NCBI GenBank assembly: GCA_000708835.1 | Contig: DF236998.1 | Span: 45,880 to 109,879, forward strand | Source: Klebsormidium nitens | Lineage: Eukaryota > Plantae > Klebsormidiophyceae | Length of the DNA stretch: 64,000 nucleotides | Reading direction: 5' to 3' | Program-made: the position numbers and the translations under genes | Shown: in pieces, positions 22,801 through 34,156 of the stretch | Layout of the letters: every line of letters begins with the position of its first letter | How positions within the stretch are numbered: the stretch's first letter is position 1 | The notes under the pieces: model-generated | Told to the model about the DNA's origin: nothing | Seen by the model: the letters and a program-made list of their open reading frames with translations, nothing else | The model's database searches: none

Positions 22801-25239
22801 GAGAATGAAGCGACGGCGTATCGAGCAGACGACAGGGACGCTATGGCAGAGGACATTGATGTTGACGAGGTGGAGCCAGGGGTAAGCACCATCGTTCTTG
22901 ACTGGGTATCGGCTCGGGAGGGCCCCTGCAAACCCCAATGCCCGTTGTAATTTACTTGCGGACGTTTTACATGTTCACGAAGCAACAATAGAGGTAGTTT
23001 GCAATGCTTTTCTCTGTGACGACGTTGAGAATGCGTTATACGCCGATAAAAAGTCGCTTCGTACACTTGCAACGCCCGCTGCTCATCTGCGGAAACACAA
23101 CCGCTGGCCCTATTCGCTGGGGAAAGAATCAAAGGTCCCTTTCTCGTGCAAAGCCTTTGACCCTCACTTCGGCAAAAGAGCGCAATCGAACGCTCACGAT
23201 CGCTCCTCCTCTGCACCAGTCGCCTGAACACGAAGCCGAACCACCAGCGCCGCTCGACCACGACTCCCTGGCAGTGGTTCCGGTCGACCATACGGACGTC
23301 CGTCAGGGAACTCTGGCGGAGCGGACGCAAGCGGGCACGTCCGGACGGGATCTGACGAGTCAGTTCCGGAACGCACTGCACGCGGCTGAGGAGCCCCAGT
23401 CTGCGCTGGCGACCCAGGCAGATTGGGGCAGCAAGCAGCCGTAAGTTACTCCAGCTCGCACTTTCGTTCAAGCAGGTGAAATTTAGGAGCTATAGAGAAA
23501 CTTGCAGATTTTGGCCGCTGCCTCCAGACCAAAGAAGTCGGAACGAGGGCTTACGCGGTGGATAAGTCCACCTTTGTAGTGACCCAGTCACAAGATGTAG
23601 AATAAGATAACAAGCAGGTGCTCGCAAGAAGGTCACCTTGCTTTGATTGTGCAACCGACCATACTGATAGGGTAGGCGAGGGAAGTGAGAGATTGATTGA
23701 GGTTCCCGCTTGAAACGCTTGCTATTCCAAGCAGATTGTTTGGGCGCACTTTCACAACAAAGGGTGACGAGCGAGCGTATCAACAGCTTCTCTTAGAAAA
23801 ACCTCGGCTAGCTTACTGTTAGACGCTCTTCTATCGACAAGGGTCTGAGGCTTTGGGATGTGCGCGCAAGACACGTGTCTCTTGCTTTGCAGAGTCGGCG
23901 TCCTAGCGCAACTGCAGCGGGCCCTTCAGCGGCAGCGGAATCAGGAGGCGCTCTTTGCGAAGGCGCTCCAAACCGGGCAGGCTCTGGATCACGGTAAGGC
24001 TCTGATTACTACGTTGAGCATGGAAGCTGCTGATATCAACCAAGCCCGTTGCGGGAGATACCCCTCCTGAATCCTTCACCTCAACTCGTTGCTAAACATG
24101 TTCGTCTTGAAATCAACTCTGAGCGTACCAGACGCCGAGTTGCCTCAGATGGGCCTGGGATCCTTGCATTGCTCTTCATCTTCTCAGACGTCTTGTCAAA
24201 CCAGATTGCTTCGTAGATCCGCACAAGTGACGGCACGACGACTCTCTGCCATCTTACATAGTGGAAGTCTCGTTTTTGTACGATCCCTCCTCTCATGCAT
24301 GTCGCTGCCTGCGTTTGCAGATGCGCGCGACTGCTTGGACGTCCGGATACTGGATACGAGCATGGAAGCCCACCTGCTCAAATGCACATGCGAGGTCCTC
24401 CAGGAACCGCAAGTAAGGAATCAACGCTGTCGTTCGAACTGCTGGGGTTTGTCCGTTGCTTGTTCGTTGGTAAAAGGGCAAAGCGAAGATGCGGAAAAGA
24501 AGACTGCTTGTATTCAAATATGCCGAAGCTTTCTTCCGTAGCTAAAGTCGACTGGCATGGTCAAAGTACACAAATTGAGTGCAAGCAGGTTCAGGAAATA
24601 CGTAGTCGCTCTGCGCTGCGGTCCTCTGTCGGGTATTATATCGCCTTCTTAACAAAGAAATAGCATAAGTCTTCGACCATTGCCAAGATTTATCGATGCT
24701 GATAACCCTGCCTGCTATGGTGCAGAACGCTTTCACGGCGTCCGAGTCTCCTGGGGAAACCATCTTCGTGCTGTTCAACCGCAAATCGCACTCCGGGGCG
24801 GTCTTGGAACCCGGACGGGTCGTGCGGATACATCCCCCGTGGTACGTTCCGAATGCTATCCTACATGCCTGAGAGCGCTTCGACTTGCCGGACCTGCTTT
24901 CGCCTAGGATAGGTACTGTTCAGAGCGCTGCGTCCGCGGCAAAACCGGCTCTCTTGAAGCAGGATTGCAATCTTCGGTAGACCCTCTTGAGGCTGGATCA
25001 ATTGTGTCAGGGTTTGACCGTGCGTTGCGTCGTTGGGGTACCTTAAGCAGCGCGAATTTGACTTTTGGCAGGTGGAGAAACGGGAATGTTGTGCTCGGCT
25101 TCCTCGTTTCTGACCTGCCAACAAGTCCGATGGTTGGGGTTAGTTCTAACAGACTTTGTTTCTTTACAGGCACCAGCTCATTGCCTGCGGATCGAAAAAG
25201 GTAGTGTTCAATACCATCTGTTGTCACAATCTGCAATGA
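19820..25239 (+). CDS. Uncharacterised protein: long low-complexity/acidic N-terminal region and C-terminal SPIDR/DUF4502-like domain; exons 19820-19981, 20224-20293, 20618-20694, 21373-21742, 22047-22195, 22723-22881, 23220-23440, 23893-23993, 24321-24412, 24726-24841, 25170-25239; first exon(s) unresolved upstream
   Basis: Eleven GT-AG exons join in one open frame (528 aa) ending in TGA at 25237-25239. C-terminal part: GVLAQLQRALQRQRNQEALF...CLDVRILDTSMEAHLLKCTCEVL...IFVLFNRK...GRVVRIHPPWHQL...KVVFNTICC. The gene model is solid; the SPIDR link is motif recall only. Confidence 0.75.
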
Positions 25240-27308
25240 CGCTGGTGGGCTTCTGAAGACGTAGGCGATAGCTACTCAAAAGCTCTAGCTGCAAACATTG
25301 ATGAGAAGTGGCGAAGAAGTAGGTTACTCTTGAGTTCCAATCGTGAACAAGCGAATTATAGACAATGCTGGAAACTGACTTGTGCTTGAATGTTGGCTTC
25401 AAGCGTCCGCACTTTGAAGATCTCTAAGCAGATTTGAGTGCGGAAATGCAGCTACAGCTTTATAGGCGCCACACTATAGTGCTGCGTATGGGCACTCGGC
25501 TTCAAATCCCTGCCGCCTCATGTGAACCCAATTGAATCGAACCCAGAAACCTTGTTCAAAGCGCGGCCTGAACACACTCAGCTCAGCTCATGGGAAGTGC
25601 TTGATCGTCGCGGTGAGCTGAAGCAGGGGCTGCTCCAAACTTTGAAAAAAGGACGCCTTGGACAACGCTCCGGGTTTGCAATGACCATGCACAGGCTTTT
25701 CATGATTGCAATCAGAAGCAAAACGTAGGTACGGCGAAATCGCCCGGCCGTCAGGCCGGTATGTGCGACAGGGTCCGCGGCTAAGCAACTTATGACGTCT
25801 GTGCACCAATTTCATGCTAGACTTTTCTGTCGTGACTTCAGTATCACCAATCATTGAACACGCACTTTGAAAATCAAGTCGCGGACATGTTGTATCTACC
25901 AAGCTTCAACGCGAAGCTGAACCAGGCTTTAGTGCATCCTGATCCGGGAGAAATAAGCCCGTGTCATACAGTGGCACGTGGCACAACCATGCTGCAACGC
26001 ACCACTGGCAAAGTGTGTCCCACCTACGAGCCTGATCAATAATGTATGCTTGGAGCAGCTCGTACCTTGCCGCCAGGCGGCCGCGCACGACGTACTTGCA
26101 TTCTGATATACAAGGTCCATGCAAAATTTCGCACTGCCAAATCGAGCTAGCATCCGCAACCACACGTTGCATGTGGGGTTTGGCATTGAATGGCGTCCCG
26201 ATCCTTGCTTGCGTACGTTAAATCCGGGCGGAATGCAAGAGTGTCCTCCATATCCCACATGATCTTTCTGTATGATTGAAAATTAGAAACACACTTCATT
26301 TCTCTTGGCCGGCGGCCGCGCCGCGCGGGGCCGCGCAGGCGCATACTGTGCGCGGCCGCGAACCGCTGAGTTGCCAGGCCGTACTAACCGTACGGACGGT
26401 CCGGCCAAACCCTGGACCCCAATCTCCGGGCTGCGGCGGCCGCGGCTATTCAATCATGCCGCTGCGCGGGATCCCTGGCGCGTGGTCCGAGTCGGGGATC
26501 CCCGATGCAAGAATCAAAGATAAGGCTGGCAAGTTGCGGAACTGAACCCGCAGAGGAGTGGCTTACTTGTCAGCTCTGGGAAGTCATGTTACTCAGCAGA
26601 CTGGTGAATATTCTCCTCTCCGGGTCTCTGACTTTGAATCTCAGTGTAAGTAACAAAACCTGGGCTCAGAATCCGATGACGTATGAGCGTCTGGTGGGCG
26701 AATGCCCTTGCCGACTCGTCATTAGTGTGGCACTGCCAGAGTTCGTTGCAGACCAGAGAGTGCAGCCAACCACACAGCTAGCTCGACAGCTCAATATCAG
26801 GGATCCGACACCCGCATATTCCTGAAACAAACTCCCGTGGCGATTGCCAGAGATTTAGCACATTCAGAACAGAGCATTCAGAAAGCGGCGCTTCGACCGA
26901 TCCCTCTCTAAAAAGCACCAAGCATATAGCAGCCTTTATCTCAACCTTTCTAAAGGTACAGCCAGAAAGTGACACACCCCTCCATTGACGCTCCTCTAGC
27001 TAGCACCCTCCAAGTACTTCTCGCACCTGCCAGGCGTTGGCTTTCAGGAGGTAAGCAGGTTCAATGTACTGTTCTGGAAGGATCAGTGGTTCAAGTCCTA
27101 AAGGTTGCAGGATGACGTGTGCACTGAACGAGGCCAACCTTGCTTGGTCGCTCTCTCTGGCTCTTTGATGAGAATAGTGAAGTGGACGCAAATTCAGCTC
27201 ACCAATTTTTAGACAACGTAGCCGGTCAACTGAATTTCAATCAGCTTGATTTGAACACAACAATCATCTCTGCAGTCTGTCTTCAACCCGCATCATCACA
27301 GGACAACA

Positions 27309-30300
27309 ATGGGTTCCTACAGGGTTGCGAGCAACAACGAGTTCTTGGTAAGCGTTTAACCCTGTGACAGTCTTGTTGTTCGGCCATACTGTCCTCAATC
27401 GAATCGAAATATAGTGCACGTTCTTTCAGCTGAACAAGTTTCATTTCAATGAATTCTATTTGCCTTGCTCCAATTTCCATCAGCAAACTGCTGATCAGCT
27501 GAGCTCAGCGAAACTCTCCCTGTTCCTGCTCCCAGATTCTGAAACGCAGACAAAGTGCATACGACCATGGTGCTTCGTGTACGTATGTGCAGGTGACCAC
27601 CGGAATTGGCATCAAGGACGTCCGCGTGTCCAAGAAGGGATGGGTCTTTTTTGGGCAGAAGAGCCGCATCTTCGACGTCACTCCACGGAACTACACCCTA
27701 GAGCTCCACGTAAGCAGACCTCTCAGTACTGCATCCTGTATGGACGCAAAGAAAAGCTCAACTTTGGAAGAACTCTGACCAGACTCTTCCAAGCTTTCTT
27801 TCACATTAAGAAGTAGGAGCTTGGCTGCTGTTTAGTTCGTCTCCCATGCTTCTTGGTCAGCCATTCTGGACAAAAACCAACCACGCTGCTCAATGTCCTC
27901 TCAAGCTTACATTGGAGTTATCCACCTTCACTTCTCTAGAAGCAAGAAGCTAAGAGCGTTGGTATCTATCAAGCAGGCCATGACTCGGGAGAAGTTGGAG
28001 TTCCTTCTTCCCGCCGTCTTCACAATCGGGCCAAAGCTGGAGCCCCAAGCGCTCCACTTGTACGCTCAGCTCTTGGCGGGGAGACCCGACGAAGTGAACC
28101 ACATCACCGTAAGTTCTACACGCATCTCTTCACGACGCCGTGTCTTCAATGTTTACGTCAGGCTGACGTCGCTTCCGTGCACCTCCAGTCCCTATCTGTG
28201 GAAGTTCCAATGGCTGATTGGTGTTTTTAACCTACTAATCCTCAATGAACCTAGGCTTGTAACGTTTCTCTTTGCTGACGCTTCCTCAGAATAAGTAGAG
28301 TTCTAAAAGCGAAGCCCTTTCTTTGCCTGGAAAGAAATGGTCGCCTTCTTCAAAGCTGCTCTTCTCTTCGAATCATGAGCTGGTGCAAAGGTCACCTTTC
28401 GACATACCCTGCAACCTCCTGCAGCTTCTACACGCATTTACGCGTCCTTCTCGGTTTTTCTGTCTTTCAGGAGCTCGTCAAGGGCATGATTGAAGGAGAG
28501 ACACGTGTCCTCGCGGCGAACATGGGCATGGAGGAGATCTTCAACGCGCGCAAGGGCTTCCAGGTCAGCCTTCGTGCATTTCCGTAAGCTAAGATTGTTT
28601 TACGCTCAGCTCACAATCTACATCCTCACCTGAGTCTCGTTGATTCTGATCCCTGATTCGGCCACGAAGTTATGATTACTCAGGAAAAACATTTGTAAGT
28701 TTTGTCGTCTGCCAAAGGATTGTAGGCTCGTGTTGCAAACAAGCTGCTCTTAGTGATCCTTCCAAACCTTGCAATGCGTCCCCCTTTGGCATCCGTTGAA
28801 ATCTAGACCCATTTGAAAAATATAAAATTTGCTTCTGCCTTTGAATTCACGATAAATCCAAGCCTTGACAGTCTCTGACAGCTCAGCACTCGCTTTGTTT
28901 CTCGCAGACGCATGTTGTGGAGGGAGTGCAAAAGGAGCTCGACCAGTTCGGTAAGGCACCAAACGTTCTGTTTTGAGTTTTGCGTTTAGATGAAAACTAG
29001 AACTCTGGGGCTTAAAGTGACCTCCAAGAGACCCCGCACAGAGACGATCTGTCACCTAAATTGAGAATTTTTAGTCACTGGTCCATCTTCGGCGTGTCGT
29101 CATGTCGTCTTCGGATCAGGTCCCGAACGAATAGAATTTGCTTGACTGATGGAGCATCCATTCACTGCCTATCATTCGTCGTCGAAGTGTCACCACATCG
29201 TTTCGCTACACCCGATCTTTAGTTCAAGTCTGAAGGTAGACAGCGGAGCTCGTGAATGAAACCTTTTGGCCCGTTCCAAAACGTAAACCCGTTCAATACC
29301 CTTACAAGTGTCGCGTTTTGCAGGGCTGTTCATCTACAACGCCAACATCAAGGAGCTGAAGGACACCGCCGGCTCCGAGTACTTCCGGTACATGCGGATG
29401 AAGACGCACGAGGACGCCATCAACAAGGGCAAGGTGAGCAGCGTGACGTCAGCCGCGAGGACCGTACTGATTACAGCCGCTCATGAGGATTGCGTGCAGG
29501 GTAAATAACCTGGGCATTACTATACTAGGGCTGTTCAGATGCAAGAACGACGACCTCTCAAAGAGTTGTGAGAAACTCGTCAGGGTCAAGCGCGTACTTG
29601 AAGTCTTAAGGTCGGGATTCAGCTCTGGGAACAGTAAGAAGAAACAACTGTAGCTTAAAAAAGATAGCACTCTGCTTCACGCAAGAAGAGGAAACCACAA
29701 TCACCTGAAGGTTCCTAAGATTACCTTGCTCTGAACGACAAGTGCTTTTGGCAGCTCTCAACTAGGCCAGGCGCATGAGTGGCTGTTTTCAAGCTCGGCG
29801 CCTTCAAAGCGCTTGGGAATTTCGTCTGTTTTCAAAACCGTGGTTCAAGTTTGCGATTTCATGAACGTCCAGGTTGACGTGGCAAACGCGCGGTACTACG
29901 GTGACGTCGGCGAGAAGGGCAAGGTCGCGGCGACGCGGCGCGAGACGAAGCAGATTGAGGCGGAGACGGTGGTCTACGAGAAGACCAGGGAGGGAGAGCA
30001 GCGGCAGGCCGTGCAAAAGGTACGGCGTTCGTACCCTTTTGACACGTCAGCAATATCAAATGGATCCAACGTGAGATTATTTGGTAACCTAAGAGCTTCA
30101 AAGCGGAGTCCTTTGTAATGTTGGGACACCAAAGTCTGGAGACTGTGCTCCAGACACGTGGACGAGGCGACGTAACGGAGAGAAGGCTCCGCCCGCTGAC
30201 CATATCGAACCCGTTTATCTGCTTCGCAAAGCACGAACACCGCTATGCAATCAGCTTCCTCAAGGCTTACAAGGAAAGCTCCTTACAGAATTATTACAGA

Positions 30301-32831
30301 CACTCTTCTTTGATCCGGACTGTTAACACGTACAGGTGGCGGCAGAGAAGATTGTATACGAGAAGCTGCGTCAGCAGGACATCACGCACAGCTTTCCGAA
30401 ACCGTGATTCCTCACACCCAAGTATACTTCTCTGAAACCTAGCTTCAAACCGCAGACCCGGATCCTTAACTCAGTTTTCAGATCGTACAGGTGGAGGCGG
30501 AGACGACCGTGTACGAGAAGCTGCTCAGCAGGACATCGCGCATAGCTTTCGAAACCGTGATTCTTCCTACCTAAGTATACTTTTCTGAAACCCCGATCGC
30601 ACTTAACACGCTTTCGAACTTACACAGGTAGAGGCGGAGACGATCGTGTACGAGAAGCTGCGCCAGCAGGACATCGCGCAGGCGGACGCTGCGCTGCAGG
30701 TGAAGCAGGCGACGTTCCAGCAGAGCGTGCAGATCGCGCAGACGGAGGCGCGGAAGGCGGCCGAGATGCGCCAGATGGAGCTCGACAAACAGGTGGGCAA
30801 ATTATTCCTAGTCTCAGAAGTAAAAGCTATCTCCCAGAAGCTGTCTTTAGAAACGGGCTGTTTTTTCGCCGACTCGCCGTTCCGTTTTAGAGACAAGACG
30901 AGGCCGAGAAGCAAGGGAGCGTCTGCAATCCTGAGCAGTTTCCATTAAAAGTTGTATCTTGGGCAAAGGGCGTCGTAGCTTCTCCACTGTGAATTGGGAC
31001 AGCTCTTTCGGCGGGTTTTGCCACATTATCGTGGTGGAAACCCACATTGCGTTCACCCCTGCTCGTATAGACAATCACCAACTTTGCTCGTGACTCAAGG
31101 ATGGAAAAACACGAGTTTCTTTGTCTTTTGCTGGTCTTGCCAGGTGGAAGAGAAGCGGCTGCTCGCGGAGACTGAGCGGCAGCGCGCGACCCTGGTGTCC
31201 AAGGCGGCCGCCGAGGCGGAGTCACAGAGGAAGCAAGCCGACGCACTGTGAGTGAGGTTTACCTGACGGCCATCTTTCCGGCACCCAGGAGGAAAAGCTT
31301 TTGTCTGCAAGTATCTTCATCGATTTTTGAAGAACCGTGGTCGACGCCTCCTCTTTTTCAAACACAGGTGCAATCTGGATGCAAACCCTTCAAATAGAAG
31401 CTGACGTGCCGACTTAGCCGCTTGGACTTCTCGAGACCCTTCGATATTCCGGACGCTCGAATTGGATGCTTCGATCGGTGGTCCGTACGTTCGATCAGCT
31501 GTGTCAGCATGCGGCTAGATACACAACCATGCAGCACCTTAACATCCTTCAAACAAGCGGCACACCCTTTTGGGTGATAGGGGCACTACGGACACGGAAG
31601 TTCTCTCTTGGACGTCCGCAGGCTGTACACGATGCAAAAAGAAGCGGAGGCGGCGCAGTACAAGACGCTGAAGCAGGCGGAAGGGCAGCTGGTCGCCGCG
31701 CAGAACCAGGCCAAGGGCGCGCTCGCGCTCGCGGAGGCGCAGGCGGAGGGCATCCAAAAGGTGCTCGCGGCGTTTGGGGGCGACACGAACGCCGCGCTGC
31801 AGGTACGTGTGGTCGCCCTTTTGCTCGTCACTTCGAAGCTTCGCAGGTGCTTCGGTTGCAACTCTCGGAGCCCCAATCTACGAGAACCATCTGAACGCAC
31901 TTGTCGGGAGCCGAATAGATGAAACGTGACCCTCCACAAAGTTTGTACGATAATCAAACTTTCCCGTTGGATCGAAAGTCACCTGGATTCGGGCTTGCCT
32001 GCGAAGCGACCCTAAGCGTCCGGCGCGAAAGCCACACTGACATTCTTGGTCCCCCCAAGCAAGTCCAATATTTCAAGAGCGGCTTTTTCCGGTTACTCTC
32101 GAGGCTGCTTGCAGAACTTCGACTCTGCAATTTTCTAATTGGACAAATGGTGACGTGTGCAGTACATCATGGTGGAGCGCGGCCTGTACGGGGAGCTCGC
32201 GCGCGCCAACGCGGAGGCCGTCCAGGGGCTGAACCCCAAGATCACGGTCTGGAACACCGGGTGAGCGCGCCCGACCGCTTTAATAGAAAATAGAATCGAC
32301 TACCGTTTTGAATCATGTTCCTTGCTGAGTGTTCTGAAGCTGTCGGGTTTTGGATGTGCGGCGTTCTGACCATTAGAAGGTTCGTCTTCTACCTCACTCC
32401 ATTTCAAAGAGAACTGTGCCCTGCCTCTAGGGGAGCGAGCTCTCACCCTTCGTTCGCGTCACGGTTAACGAGATACATAAACGCATCTTGAGCAGACGCG
32501 GATCTCGTTCTACTGGTAGATCAAGAGACATTTGAGGCGATTCTTTGGCAGACAGCTTTACTGCCATGATTTTTTCCTAGTGCCGAGTTTTTGAAGACCT
32601 GCGTTTACGGACCGTCAGAAGGGGGAAGTGGAGAGATTTGAATCGGTTGCGTCTGTGCTTTTCGGCAGGTCCGAGACCGGTCCCGACGGGCAGCCCACAA
32701 CGGGTTCCAACCCGCTGCGCAACATCTTTCAGTCGCTGCCCCCGCTCTTCGCCACGATCCAAGACCAGACTGGCATCGTCCCCCCGGCCTGGTTGGCTAA
32801 GATGCCGGCACAAGAAAACGTCAATCACTAA
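27309..32831 (+). CDS. FLOT: Flotillin-like SPFH protein, about 463 aa; exons 27309-27347, 27593-27709, 27977-28108, 28471-28563, 28908-28950, 29324-29433, 29873-30019, 30628-30792, 31144-31247, 31622-31802, 32163-32260, 32669-32831
   Basis: Plant flotillin motifs: [60 protein letters not shown]-rich coiled coil, [32 protein letters not shown]. Exon phases are consistent (1392 nt). Confidence 0.95.
30324..30680 (+). repeat. About 150-bp tandem triplication of an acceptor plus exon 5' end (flotillin)
   Basis: ACAG|GT(G/A)G(A/C)GGC...TACGAGAAGCTGC...CAGCAGGACATC recurs with exon-like starts at 30336, 30491 and 30628 (real). Confidence 0.9.
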
Positions 32832-34156
32832 ACGTCAACCACTAAACGTCAAATAGTGAATTTCAACCACTAACGTCAGCCACTGAGAGTCGTCGGGGCT
32901 TGTTAGATTGACGGAAAGAAGCTAAGGCCTGCGGGCAAAGGGCTTCCGGCTTCCCCGAACCCAAATGTACCCAAAAAAAAAAAACCAGACAGAAGCTGGA
33001 AGAGGCCTGTAAAGCAACGGAACAGCAGCAGACATGAGTTGATTAGATGTAGAGCCGGGCGCACCCTCCGAGTCTAATGCCGCGTACATAGTCAACGGTT
33101 TGCAGTCCAGGAATCGTTGCTGAGGATTGTAGATACTTGACCATCCACATGCGATAAATGCAAATGAAGTCTAGCCCCAGCTTAAGGCTGGCCAAAGCCC
33201 AATCAGATCATGATTCTCGCCAGCACAAATAGATAGGAACCGTGTAATCCACTTAAGAGCACTACTGTTCTCATTCAGAGTTGTTGTCAATGTGACTGAG
33301 TACGCAATTAAACATGGACGTTTGGTATCATCCCTTGCTTAGATTCTCCGCCACTGAAAGTGCATCTGGTGGAAGACCTTCGCCTTGTATCACTTTTTTA
33401 GCATCACCTGGTTGTCCGAGAGCAGCTTCACTCGAACAAGTTTTGAAGACTGCACGCCCATGACCATGAATTGATCCGTAATGCAGATTCACGAACGAGC
33501 TGGTATCATCTATATCACGGTTCGGTTGATGGAATACGCTGATGCCGACTGGCCCAACAACGAGTTCGCATTCAAAAGAGATGTGGAGTGCCCCTTTTAA
33601 TTTTGAATGCACCTGCCCACGCAGCCCACTGACATACTCGCGCTTCGACTCGCGCCCTGCACATTTCAATTGAATGTCCAGGAGTCCAGCTGCAGGGGGA
33701 GTGCACAGCTTGCTATATAAGGTGTATTTTCGACCGTTGGATCGCTGGATCCTCCAGCTTGCACGCATCGGGCGGCCCCCAGCGTCTCTTATCATCGGAC
33801 GTTCAGGAACGGACCTGCTTGCTAGTCCTAGACCTTTAGCCTACGGTAGGTATTATGATAGGCTTAGGCTTTAGGGTTCCGTCTCAGTCTAGGTTGAGCA
33901 CAAGCAGCTCAGGAAATGGAGTTCGACACTCGTGCATGAGAGGGCTGCTGCTGCATTGAAGCCTTCAGCGCCAGCTCCCAGGTTTCCTTACAGCATGCAT
34001 AGGGCGCCCCTATGGCGGCCTGCTTGGTTCTCGATCCGGATGGTCTGGTCCATAGATAGATCCATTCTTGGTGCAAGCCAGCCTTGCGGTTGAACGAATC
34101 GTGAGCAAGATCGGTTAGAGACATCTTCTGGGTTCGCCTTAGCGTGCCGGTGTCGC

